A stretch of 64,000 nucleotides of DNA from an uncultured Candidatus Binatia bacterium (GTDB lineage Bacteria; Desulfobacterota; Binatia; UBA9968; CAXXLF01), in NCBI GenBank assembly GCA_965218425.1, contig OZ244621.1, positions 3,296,001 to 3,360,000 on the forward strand. Reading direction: 5' to 3'. This document shows positions 52,424 to 61,727 of this stretch, one piece after another. The position numbers and the translations under genes are program-made. Within the stretch, counting starts at the first letter, position 1, and the number at the start of each line of letters is the position of its first letter. The notes beneath the pieces are model-generated. The model searched no databases and was not told the DNA's origin. It saw nothing but the letters and a program-made list of their open reading frames with translations.

Positions 52424-53328
52424 CGATTGAGCCTCCTTGTATTTTGCACCAGGGCTTGAAGGCTCTGTATCTTTCCCTGGGCCTCTAGCTTTTCTGTGAT
52501 GCCGTCTCGCTGGGAAACCTCTATGTAAAATTTCAGGGCCGACTTGGCCACGTGATCGAATGTGTCCGGATCAAAGTTGAGCCCCTCTGGATCGTTTTGT
52601 GCCGTGTATTCTTTTGCGATTTTGACATAGTAATCGCCGAAATCCAGCAGATACCGGTAAAGGTTCTTACTTTGTCGGTGCTTGGTGATGAGTTGGCTGT
52701 ATCCCAATATTACCAGTTGATTTCCATCCTTGAGCCGGTGCCGGTTGATTTCTGCGAAGGCCACTTTGGCTCGATCGATCTTTTCCTCTTCTACCCTTGC
52801 GAGGTACTCGTATGGGGAGCCCTGATATTGCACGGCGAGCCGATTCCAGGCGGCGACTCTTTCATCCAACGCTTTGATGTATTCGAAGGGGTCGCGGTCC
52901 GGCAGCGGTTGATTCAGGATTTCCTGGAATGCCTCGATAACTTCTATGTTCTGCTCGGCCTGGTCACCGAGCCGCCCGTCTGAATCCGCCACCTTGCGAT
53001 AGTGATTGACCGCCTGTTTGTAGTCTCTCAGCCTCTCATAGGCCATGGCCTTGCTGAAATTGACGAGATCGGAATATTGATCCGGGTGGGACTCTTCATA
53101 GCCATCCAGGCGTATCAAAGTTGCCTTCATGATATTTGTTCCGGTGACGTCCTTTGCAATGGAATATCGATACAGATCCTCGCGGGCGAGCCTCTGGAAG
53201 TCCTTGATGGTTTCAAGAAGATCGCCCGCGGCTTCATACCGAGGTTCCGGGGGGATCTTCTTTGAGGAACACCCTGACTCAGCAATAAGCGACAGTGCGA
53301 GAATGAGTGAAACGTTCAAAAGCTTCAT
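52420..53328 (-). CDS. Hypothetical lipoprotein, TPR-like
   Basis: Hydrophobic signal ending ESG-C20; KAMAYERLRDYKQAVNHY TPR-like segment; GTGA overlap with the downstream gene. Confidence 0.75.
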   Translation of the reverse strand: MKLLNVSLILALSLIAESGCSSKKIPPEPRYEAAGDLLETIKDFQRLAREDLYRYSIAKDVTGTNIMKATLIRLDGYEESHPDQYSDLVNFSKAMAYERLRDYKQAVNHYRKVADSDGRLGDQAEQNIEVIEAFQEILNQPLPDRDPFEYIKALDERVAAWNRLAVQYQGSPYEYLARVEEEKIDRAKVAFAEINRHRLKDGNQLVILGYSQLITKHRQSKNLYRYLLDFGDYYVKIAKEYTAQNDPEGLNFDPDTFDHVAKSALKFYIEVSQRDGITEKLEAQGKIQSLQALVQNTRRLNR

Positions 53329-53342
53329 AGGAATTTGGAGAT

Positions 53343-53693
53343 TTAAAGCGTCTCCGATCGGCCTTGCGTCCTGATTAAAGAGTAAAATAAGATCAGTTCT
53401 TCATCATGCTCCGCGGCAAAGTCATGGGGGGTTCCTTTTGGCAGGTGACAAAGGATTCCGGGCTCCAGGGGGATGATTTGGTCCACGAGCCGCAGCCTCC
53501 CGTGTCCACTCAAGACGTGACAAACAACATCCTTGTCTCGGTGATTAATCTGCTTTGGATCTTGAGCCCCGCCGGGCCTGAAGGCAATGAGCCCCACGCT
53601 GAATCCTTCCTCTTCAAGGAAGTTTTTGTGGCTGATTTCGTCGCTAATTTTTTCCAGTGCCGTTAAGGCATCTCCAATCTTGAGGACCTTCAT
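53343..53693 (-). CDS. Small cupin domain protein
   Basis: INHRDKDVVCHVLSGHG...PKGTPHDF. Confidence 0.8.
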   Translation of the reverse strand: MKVLKIGDALTALEKISDEISHKNFLEEEGFSVGLIAFRPGGAQDPKQINHRDKDVVCHVLSGHGRLRLVDQIIPLEPGILCHLPKGTPHDFAAEHDEELILFYSLIRTQGRSETL

Positions 53694-53757
53694 TTTCTGC
53701 TCTTCTAATCTGCGTCCTATCTCTATCTCTCCTCCCTCAATCCACAATCCTCACCCA

Positions 53758-53840
53758 TTTTTGATTTTAGAATTTAGATTGTCGGAGTTAAAATCCAAGA
53801 ATCAGATTCAAATCAATCCAAAATCGCAGATCTAAAATTC
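53758..53840. repeat. AT-rich imperfect inverted repeat built from heptamer units
   Basis: TTTTGATTTTAGAATTTAGATTG ... CAATCCAAAATCGCAGATCTAAAA. Confidence 0.55.
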
Positions 53841-53869
53841 TTCTGTCTCTGTCCCTATCTTTGTCTTCT

Positions 53870-54826
53870 TTACTCTTTTACCGCCTCGAGAATTTCCCTG
53901 AGGGCATTTTCAGCATGCTCGTTGGAAACCCGGCAAGATCCCACCACCCTATGGCCACCGCCCCCATACTTTTGCATCAGGGCCCCCACGTTCACCTTGG
54001 ATGTGGTGTTGAAGATATTGTAACCCACCGAGATGGCAGTCCGACCGGCACGCTGGGTGTCGGCGGCGATTTTAACGGATATATTTCCTGTGGGAAAGAG
54101 GGTGTATAGGAGGAATCGGTTTCCCTCCGTGATATCCTTTATGCCGCGGAGGTCAACGAATATCACGTTCCCCTTGAGGGTCCCTCGTTCCAGAAGCAGG
54201 TTTCTTAGCTCCTCTTGAATTCCCAGAATTCGTTGACAGTGCTGTTTTACGTCCTTGTCATTGAGCGCATCATCAAGTGAGTGGTCACGCAGGAGGCTGA
54301 TGAGCCTTAGCCAATAGGGTTCATCCTCTGTTCTCTTCCCGTCAATGGTCATGGAAATCAAGACATACCCTTCAGGGTGAAGCACTTCCTGGGGGCTGAG
54401 CTGCCCCGCGTCGATCTTGTCCGTTTCCGCCAACAGGTAATCGAATCGGTCGGCGGCGATGAGCTTTAGGGACTTTGCGAAGTGTGGTGGCGTTGGAATT
54501 CTGAGATCAGGGCCCTTGCTCCAGTAATCTGAGCAATAGTACTCGAACACGACTCTAGCCGCGCTAGGGGCAATGCGGTAGCCGCCTCTTCCTGGAACGA
54601 TGGGTGTCTCGAATCCCTCTACTTCATTGCTGATGTGGTGGTCAAACCACAGGGTACCCTTGGGATGATAGGGCAGGTTTGCAATGATGTCTCCCTCTCG
54701 GATGTCCACCTGTCCATCCTGCATCCATTTTGGTTCAACAAAGAGATAGGACTCAATGTCTTCCATGGCGGTGATGATAGCCCCACAAACCAGGCCATCA
54801 AAATCTGGCCTTGTCACCAGCCTCAT
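53870..54826 (-). CDS. DHH-family phosphoesterase (exopolyphosphatase/nanoRNase-like)
   Basis: TRPDFDG, WFDHH, SAARV, GGGGH. Confidence 0.88.
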   Translation of the reverse strand: MRLVTRPDFDGLVCGAIITAMEDIESYLFVEPKWMQDGQVDIREGDIIANLPYHPKGTLWFDHHISNEVEGFETPIVPGRGGYRIAPSAARVVFEYYCSDYWSKGPDLRIPTPPHFAKSLKLIAADRFDYLLAETDKIDAGQLSPQEVLHPEGYVLISMTIDGKRTEDEPYWLRLISLLRDHSLDDALNDKDVKQHCQRILGIQEELRNLLLERGTLKGNVIFVDLRGIKDITEGNRFLLYTLFPTGNISVKIAADTQRAGRTAISVGYNIFNTTSKVNVGALMQKYGGGGHRVVGSCRVSNEHAENALREILEAVKE

Positions 54827-55941
54827 CCGGCCAAAACCTCCTCCACTGGCATTGATCGAAGGCCGAAAGCATTGGCTACGCCTTCATGGGTGATCTTGCC
54901 TTGGTAGGTATTCAATCCCTTGGCCAGGGCCGGGGTTTCCTTTATGGCATTGACCACACCCTTATCCGCGATCTCCAGGCCATAGGCAAGGGTGGCATTG
55001 GTCAGGGCGTAAGTGGAAGTGTAGGGCACGATGGCGGGCATGTTTGTCACGCAGTAATGGACTACCTCCTCCTCCAGATATATGGGTTGAGCGTGGGTGG
55101 TCGGGTGGGACGTCTCACCGCATCCACCTTGATCAATAGAAATATCGACAATGGCTGCACCTGGCTTCATCATTCGGACCAGTGATCGGGTAATGAGTTT
55201 CGGGGTTTTTGCTCCGGGGATCAAAACCCCGCCCACCACCAAGTCTGCGTCCACCACTTCCTCTTCCAGATTGGCACGGTTGGACATCAATGTCGTGATG
55301 CGACCCCCGAGGATATCGTTAATATATCGTAATTTTGAGGGATTCACATCCAAAATACTTACATATGCCCCCATGCCTGCGGCTACATGACAGGCATTGG
55401 ATCCAGCAATACCCGCACCCAAAATGACCACTTTGCCAGGCCGTACGCCAGAGGCCCCGCCCAATAGTAGGCCTCTTCCCCCGTTCTCAGCCTGAAGGCA
55501 CCAGGCTCCCACTTGCAGGGACAGGCGTCCTGCCACCTCGCTCATGGGTGTCAGGAGGGGGAGGGACCTGTCTTCCAGCTGAATCGTCTCATAGGCAATG
55601 GATGTAACCTTTTTCTTGGCTAGAGACCGGGTCAGGTTCTCGTTGGCTGCCAGGTGGAGGTAGGCATAAAGGATCAAACCCGGACGCAGAAACTCTAGCT
55701 CGTCCCGCTCCGCCTCCTTGACCTTCATAACGAGATCCGACCGTTCCCAGATTTCTCGGGCAGTGGCAAGTAGGGTTGCCCCGGCCGCTTCATATGAATG
55801 ATCCTGAATCCCACTTCCAAGGCCAGCTCCCTTTTCAACAATGACTTGGTGGCCGTGGGAGACAAAGGCAGAAACCCCGGTGGAGGTGATGGCGACTCGG
55901 TTTTCCTCTTCTTTGATTTCTTTGGGGACACCGATAATCAT
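54823..55941 (-). CDS. ald: Alanine dehydrogenase
   Basis: IGVPKEIK..ENRV, YLHLAA, PMSEVAGR, IDQGGC, NMPA. Confidence 0.95.
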   Translation of the reverse strand: MIIGVPKEIKEEENRVAITSTGVSAFVSHGHQVIVEKGAGLGSGIQDHSYEAAGATLLATAREIWERSDLVMKVKEAERDELEFLRPGLILYAYLHLAANENLTRSLAKKKVTSIAYETIQLEDRSLPLLTPMSEVAGRLSLQVGAWCLQAENGGRGLLLGGASGVRPGKVVILGAGIAGSNACHVAAGMGAYVSILDVNPSKLRYINDILGGRITTLMSNRANLEEEVVDADLVVGGVLIPGAKTPKLITRSLVRMMKPGAAIVDISIDQGGCGETSHPTTHAQPIYLEEEVVHYCVTNMPAIVPYTSTYALTNATLAYGLEIADKGVVNAIKETPALAKGLNTYQGKITHEGVANAFGLRSMPVEEVLAG

Positions 55942-56074
55942 AAGAAGATCAATAAGTAGTTTAGTCTAAATCGGTAGTCAAGGAAAGCAATTTCGGAGTG
56001 CTAAAAGGGCAGGGGGCCACCTAAAAACACCTTGAGATGACAATGAGTTACGGTGCAATTTCTCCCAAATAGGT

Positions 56075-56449
56075 TTACCCACGCCATACCCCCCAGACGA
56101 GACTGAGCCATCCAATCAGGAAGGCTGCACCCCCAATGGGTGTTATGGCTCCGATCCAGCGTACACCAGTTATAGAGAGGAGATAGAGGCTGCCAGAAAA
56201 GATAACGGTTCCAGCAATAAATAACCAACCCGCCGCTGTGACTTCAGCCCGCGGCCATCGCGACAAAGCCCAGGTCACAGCCAGCAGAGCAAGGGCATGG
56301 TACATTTGGTAACGGACGCCCACTTCGAAGGCATTAAGCATTTCAGCGCTTAAACGACCCTTTAGCCCATGGGCGCCAAAAGCACCCAGGGCAACGGCCA
56401 TCAACCCCGAGACCGAGCCCGCAATGAAGAACACACGTTCCATACCCAA
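56075..56449 (-). CDS. DUF423 (YgdD-like) membrane protein
   Basis: LGAFGAH, YQMYHAL, FSGSLY, TPIGG. Confidence 0.92.
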   Translation of the reverse strand: MGMERVFFIAGSVSGLMAVALGAFGAHGLKGRLSAEMLNAFEVGVRYQMYHALALLAVTWALSRWPRAEVTAAGWLFIAGTVIFSGSLYLLSITGVRWIGAITPIGGAAFLIGWLSLVWGVWRG

Positions 56450-56475
56450 AATGTTGCTCCTCCTCGATGCGGCCT

Positions 56476-57204
56476 TTAGTCGGATTCGCGCGCTTTGTAC
56501 CGGTAAACACGGGCCCGACGGTTACTGCCGTTGAGCTCAGAAAAAAGAAGTCCCCGAAATATCATCAGGTAGGTAAGGAAAAGACCAATGATTGAGACGA
56601 TTGCGAATACTTGTATGGGAGTGGAAAGGACACCCGTCAATGGATATAAAGCTTCCGTCACAGCCCAACCCACGAAGGTGATAATAATATTTGGTGTGAA
56701 CCATTCCGGCCAGTTCTCAATAATGAAGTGATAGCTGGCTCCCAACAGTTCAACCCCCGATGCGCGGCTTTGGTAAATGAGTTCAGGGACGGCATTTAGG
56801 ATGATATACAGGGCGATTTGAACGAAGCGGTAAATAATGTCTCCCTTGGGTGTTTGGGCGAGCACCGATGAAACCAGCATCATCGGTATCCAGAGAATAA
56901 ATGAGATGCGCACGATCTCCCATAGGTAAACCGTAAAACCTTTGAAAAAATCGTTAACGTTGGCTTTTCTGGAGTTCAGAATGTTTTCCACAAGATAAAG
57001 CCCGGAACTCATGCAGGCGTTGCCGGCAAGGAGGAGCAGCATTCCTCCCACCAACCCCAAGGGAAGCAGAAAAGTACCGGCAACGGAAAGAAAAACGCCA
57101 TAGGCAAAGGGCGCAAAGACCACGGCCCAGTTCTCCCGAACCAGTTGGGCGGATCGTTTGAAGGCGATACGATAAATCCAAAGTGTTGCCTTGAGGGTTT
57201 CCAT
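56476..57204 (-). CDS. Hypothetical integral membrane protein
   Basis: Multiple TM segments, NAVPELIYQ, FRGLLF. Confidence 0.75.
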   Translation of the reverse strand: METLKATLWIYRIAFKRSAQLVRENWAVVFAPFAYGVFLSVAGTFLLPLGLVGGMLLLLAGNACMSSGLYLVENILNSRKANVNDFFKGFTVYLWEIVRISFILWIPMMLVSSVLAQTPKGDIIYRFVQIALYIILNAVPELIYQSRASGVELLGASYHFIIENWPEWFTPNIIITFVGWAVTEALYPLTGVLSTPIQVFAIVSIIGLFLTYLMIFRGLLFSELNGSNRRARVYRYKARESD

Positions 57205-57420
57205 GATAACGAATTATGGGCTACCAGATAATGAGTTCACAATTAATCGCTGATTATCAATCCTTTCCTTTTTAACATAAACCCTTCGAGGTTGGCCACT
57301 TGAAATCCGTGAGGGAGGACTCCCCAAGGCTGGCATAATGATTAATAATGTGGCTTTTGCCTGCCGGTGGCCTTTGTGGTTCTAGGGGGAACGGATGTTC
57401 AGGCGGTGGGTAACCCGCTG

Positions 57421-57672
57421 CTCTCCTCGGGGAACGAGTCTTCAGGCCGTGGGTAACAGGTCTGTGAATATCTGAAGCGAAACGTTCGATGCCCACGTCC
57501 CTCATCCTCATTCCCCTCGTCGCGCTGCGGGTTTAGGGCGCAGGGGGCCTGGTGCGAAGAAAGGGAGACGTCCGATACTGGAGGTTCATGCCAGCTTGGC
57601 GTGTCGAATTGGATGACGGTGCCTCGTGGCTGAGACCCATCGGCTCCCGCTGAGGGGCAGGCCCCCGAGCCC
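57421..57672 (+). repeat. Structured intergenic repeat, copy D (full length)
   Basis: Collinear with 14184-14434. Confidence 0.85.
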
Positions 57673-57695
57673 AACATGAGCTTTCTGGTTAAGGT

Positions 57696-59066
57696 TCTCC
57701 TCGGGGAACGCGTCCTCAGGCCGTGGGCAACAGGCCTGTGAATAATTGAAACTAAACGTTCGATGCCGATGACCTGCCCCCAGGAGTGGTACCACCCTTT
57801 AAGTTAGAGCCGGAATTATCTGGAGTCCAGCCCATGGGGATGAATTCCCAGCCTGCGCTCTGGGCAGAAAGGCCTCCGGTGCCGGAGAACGATAGCCCAG
57901 GGCGCTGTGAGGCCGCCGCTGGTTATACTCTCTTCTCCATCTTTCGATCAGCACCTGAGCTTCCCTCAGGGTTTCAAACACCTCCCGGTTGAGCAGCTCA
58001 TCCCTGAGTTTTCCGTTAAAACTCTCCACGTAGCCATTCTCCCAAGGACTGCCAGGCTCGATGTAGAGTGTCCTGACACCAATGGCCTTGAGCCAGTCCC
58101 GGATAGCCTGAGCCGTAAACTCGGGGCCATTGTCGGACCGAAGGGACTGCGGCACGCCCCGTTCCACGAATAGCTCCGCTAACCGTTCCAGCACATCCCG
58201 GTGATTCATCCGTCTGGCCACATCAATCGCCAAGCACTCCCGGGTGTATTCATCCAGGATGCTCAACAGCCGAAAGGCCCGACCGTCTTCGGTTCGCTCG
58301 TGCACGAAGTCATAACTCCACACATGGTTTCGATGCGCCGGTCTCAGGCGAATGCAGGAGCCATCAGTCAACCGGAGCCTCCCTCGCTTAGGCTGACGGC
58401 TGAGGACTTTCAGCCCTTCCTGCCTCCAGAGCCTCTCCACTCGCTTGTGGTTGACCTTCCACCCCTCCCCACGCAGCATGGCCGTAATCCTCCGGTAGCC
58501 GTATCGCCCGTATTCGCTGGCCAGCTCCATCATCCGAGCCACTAGTCTTGCTTCCTCTTCCGGGATCTCTCGGACTCTTCGTTGCGTCGATCGCGGCTGT
58601 CCCAACACTTGGCAAGCCCGGCGTTCGGAGACTCGATCAGGTCCCAATCTTTCTCTGGCCCATATCACCGCTCGTCTCCTCTTCGCCGGGCCTAGAAGTT
58701 TCCCGAGGACACTTCCTTCAGGATCTGGTTGTCCAGCGATAGATCCGCCACCAGCTTCTTCAACCGCGCATTCTCCTTGTCCAAGGCCTTGAGCCTCTTG
58801 GCCTGATCCATCTTCAGGCCTCCATATTCCTTCCTCCACCGGTAGTAGGTCTGCACGGTTACCCCCACCTGCTTGCACACCTGGCCCACCGCCTTCCCTT
58901 GGGCCAAGCTCACCTCCGCCTCACGCAGCTTGAGGATAATCTGCTCGGCCGTAAATCGCTTTCTTGCCATCCTTGCCTCCTTCCTAAAATCAAAATCCCT
59001 AACATTTCACCTGGACTCGTTTTAGGGGGCAAGGTCACCGACGCCCTTCATCCCCGCTCCCCTCGG
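57696..59066 (+). repeat. Structured intergenic repeat, copy E (partial, split by IS3: 57696-57769 and 59042-59066)
   Basis: CTCCTCGGGGAACG...ACGTTCGATGCCGA [IS] CGCCCTTCATCCCCGCTCCCCTCG. Confidence 0.8.
57770..59037 (-). mobile_element. IS3-family element, copy 2 (intact orfA 58692-58970 and orfB, -1 frameshift), 4-bp TSD CCGA
   Basis: Terminal IRs; CCGA at 57766-57769 and 59038-59041; DDE integrase core. Confidence 0.96.
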
Positions 59067-59261
59067 AGCCATTCTTGTGACGCCGTGATAATCGAAGGCT
59101 TTGGTTCGTGTTCGGGTGGATCTGGACATTTCACCCCGTTTGGGCTATTATTGAGGGTTATCCTGCCATGGTTAATGCCGTTGACGTGCTCCTAGCTCCA
59201 TGTTAAGGCGAATTGTCTTTGCAAAAAAGTTTTTTCCTGTATAAATTTTTCGTTTTACGCA

Positions 59262-60131
59262 TTGGGATTAATTGGAATGATTATTGACGGGAAGGTCATC
59301 TCTCGGGAGGTCCGTAACGAAGTTAAGGAGGAAGTCGAAAGACTCCATGGGGCTACGGGACTGGTGCCGGGGCTGGGTGTGGTGTTGGTGGGAAATGACC
59401 CCGGCTCGCAGATTTATGTCAGGAACAAGGAAAAGGCCTGTCAAGAAGCGGGCATCCGTTCGAAAGAACATTTGTTGCCTGATTCAGTCTCAGAGAGAGA
59501 GTTACTGTCCTTAGTTGACCGTTTGAATCAGGATAACGAAGTCCACGGGATTCTAGTCCAACTTCCGCTGCCGTCACACATCAATGCCGAGACCGTTCTT
59601 CGAGCCATTTCGCCTGCAAAGGATGTGGACGGATTCCATCCCGTCAACCAGGGCCTACTGCTTTTGGGCGCGGAGAGTTTTCAGCCCTGTACCCCCTTGG
59701 GTATCATCCGGCTTTTGGATTACATCGGGTACGACCCTAAGGGGAAGAGGGCGGTGATCGTGGGTCGGAGCAATATAGTGGGCAAGCCCGTCGCCCTGAT
59801 GCTCTTGGCACGGCACGCAACGGTGACCCTTTGCCATTCTCGTACGGCTGACCTGCAGGGTGAAGTGAATCACGCGGACATTTTGGTGGCTGCCATTGGG
59901 AAGGCCCATATGATTCGAGGCGAGTGGATCAAGCCTGGAGCCGTAGTCATCGATGTGGGAATCAACCGGCTCCCTAACGGCAAACTGGCAGGGGACGTGG
60001 AGTTCGAAGCGGCCAAGGAACGTGCCTCCTGGATCACTCCTGTGCCGGGAGGGGTCGGGCCCATGACCATATGTATGCTCCTCTTCAACACCTTAAAGGC
60101 GGCAAAGGTATCTCGGAAACAGGAAGGTTGA
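59262..60131 (+). CDS. folD: Bifunctional methylene-THF dehydrogenase/cyclohydrolase (start 59262 or 59277)
   Basis: [45 protein letters not shown]. Confidence 0.97.
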   Translation: MGLIGMIIDGKVISREVRNEVKEEVERLHGATGLVPGLGVVLVGNDPGSQIYVRNKEKACQEAGIRSKEHLLPDSVSERELLSLVDRLNQDNEVHGILVQLPLPSHINAETVLRAISPAKDVDGFHPVNQGLLLLGAESFQPCTPLGIIRLLDYIGYDPKGKRAVIVGRSNIVGKPVALMLLARHATVTLCHSRTADLQGEVNHADILVAAIGKAHMIRGEWIKPGAVVIDVGINRLPNGKLAGDVEFEAAKERASWITPVPGGVGPMTICMLLFNTLKAAKVSRKQEG

Positions 60132-60141
60132 TTCAACTTCG

Positions 60142-61254
60142 GTGAAAGCTGCGGCCACAGAACCCACCCGTACCCTTTTGCGAACACCTCTCTATGCGGT
60201 TCATCGGGATCTGGGGGCAAAGCTGGTGGAATTTGCCGGGTGGAAGATGCCCGTTCAGTACGATGGGGTGATTCAAGAACACTTGGCGGTGCGTGCCCAG
60301 GCGGGCCTCTTTGACGTAAGCCATATGGGAGAAATCGAAATCAAGGGACCCGATTCCCTGGCGTTATGTCAGAAACTCACAGCCAACGACGTATCCCGTA
60401 TGAAAGTGTCGGATGCCCAGTACAACCTGTTGCTTTACGACAGCGGCGGCATCGTTGACGACCTCATGGTCTATCGCCTGGCGGAGGACTACTTTTTATT
60501 ATGCGTCAATGCTTCGAATACAACTAAAGATGTAAATTGGATCCTGGACCATTCGGAAGGGGATGTTGAGGTAAGAGACGTGAGCGATTCCTATGTGCTC
60601 CTGGCCCTCCAGGGACCGGTGGCCCACGAGATCTTGCAACGTGTTACCTCTGTTCGGTTGGATGAATTGAAGCCATTCCATTATGCCTGCGGTGACGTGT
60701 CCACGGTTGGCTGTTTGATCTCGCGCACGGGATATACCGGCGAGGACGGATTCGAGCTCTATTGTGAGCCCCCTGGGGGGGAGCATCTCTGGAATCTTCT
60801 CATGGAGGCCGGTAAGGATTTTGGACTGAAACCCGTGGGGCTAGGGGCACGGGATACACTTCGACTGGAAAGAGCCTTGCCCCTATATGGGCACGAGTTG
60901 GACGAGCAAACCACTCCGCTGGAGGCGAGATTGGAATGGGTGGTCAAGTTTTCAAAGGGGGAATTTTTGGGTCGAGATCCCTTACTCCAGCAAAAGAAGA
61001 GTAGAGTGAAGCGAAAGCTGGTGGGATTGGAATTGATCGGGTCGGGTATTCCCAGGAGCGGGTATGGCATTTTCAAGAATGGACGTCCCCTGGGAGCGGT
61101 TACCAGTGGAACCATGTCTCCGAGCCTTCGCAAACCCATTGCCATGGGGTACGTTTCCAGTGAGGAAGCCGGGTTGGACAATTTGCTGGAGATAGACGTC
61201 CGAGGTCGCACAGTTGAGGCCAAAGTTGTAGCGTTGCCCTTTTACCGTCGGTGA
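60142..61254 (+). CDS. gcvT: Glycine cleavage system aminomethyltransferase T
   Basis: FAGWKMPVQY, LFDVSHMG, RTGYTGEDGFE, GLGARDTLRLE. Confidence 0.97.
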   Translation: MKAAATEPTRTLLRTPLYAVHRDLGAKLVEFAGWKMPVQYDGVIQEHLAVRAQAGLFDVSHMGEIEIKGPDSLALCQKLTANDVSRMKVSDAQYNLLLYDSGGIVDDLMVYRLAEDYFLLCVNASNTTKDVNWILDHSEGDVEVRDVSDSYVLLALQGPVAHEILQRVTSVRLDELKPFHYACGDVSTVGCLISRTGYTGEDGFELYCEPPGGEHLWNLLMEAGKDFGLKPVGLGARDTLRLERALPLYGHELDEQTTPLEARLEWVVKFSKGEFLGRDPLLQQKKSRVKRKLVGLELIGSGIPRSGYGIFKNGRPLGAVTSGTMSPSLRKPIAMGYVSSEEAGLDNLLEIDVRGRTVEAKVVALPFYRR

Positions 61255-61298
61255 CACCGGTCATGATCAGAGCTTGCTAGAAGTGAAAGGAGGAGAGG

Positions 61299-61718
61299 AT
61301 GAGCTACCCTGATAACTTGAAATATTCTAAAGAGCATGAATGGGTTATGGTCGAGGACAATGTTGCATTGGTAGGAATCACCGATTACGCACAAAGCGAA
61401 CTGGGAGACGTGGTCTATGTGGAGCTTCCCGACGTGGGAGAGAAGATCACCAAGGACGATCCCTTTGGTTCTGTGGAATCGGTGAAGGCTGTCTCCGATC
61501 TCTTTGCTCCGGTGAGCGGCACGGTCATTGAAGTGAATGATTCCCTGCCGGACAGCCCTGAGCTGGTCAATGAGGATTCCTATGGAGACGGCTGGATGAT
61601 TAAAGTGCAAATGTCGGATAAAGACGAACTCAAGGATCTTCTAGCTCCGGATGAGTATGGAGAATATGTGGAGCGAGAGAAGGAAGAAGACGACGATGAT
61701 GAGGAAGAGGGAGGCTGA
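61299..61718 (+). CDS. gcvH: Glycine cleavage system H protein
   Basis: HEW, GITDYAQ, ESVKA lipoyl-Lys. Confidence 0.97.
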   Translation: MSYPDNLKYSKEHEWVMVEDNVALVGITDYAQSELGDVVYVELPDVGEKITKDDPFGSVESVKAVSDLFAPVSGTVIEVNDSLPDSPELVNEDSYGDGWMIKVQMSDKDELKDLLAPDEYGEYVEREKEEDDDDEEEGG

Positions 61719-61727
61719 TTCCATCCC

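Noticed and set aside
57421..57769. Tandem repeat copies as a CRISPR-like array
   Set aside because: Units are 100-250 bp and divergent, with no regular spacers and no cas genes
59040..60142. Glycine, THF or ZTP riboswitch ahead of folD-gcv
   Set aside because: No consensus motifs seen; the folD-gcvT gap is only 10 bp
61670..61718. Acidic tail of GcvH (EEDDDDEEEGG)
   Set aside because: Short low-complexity extension with no evidence of special function
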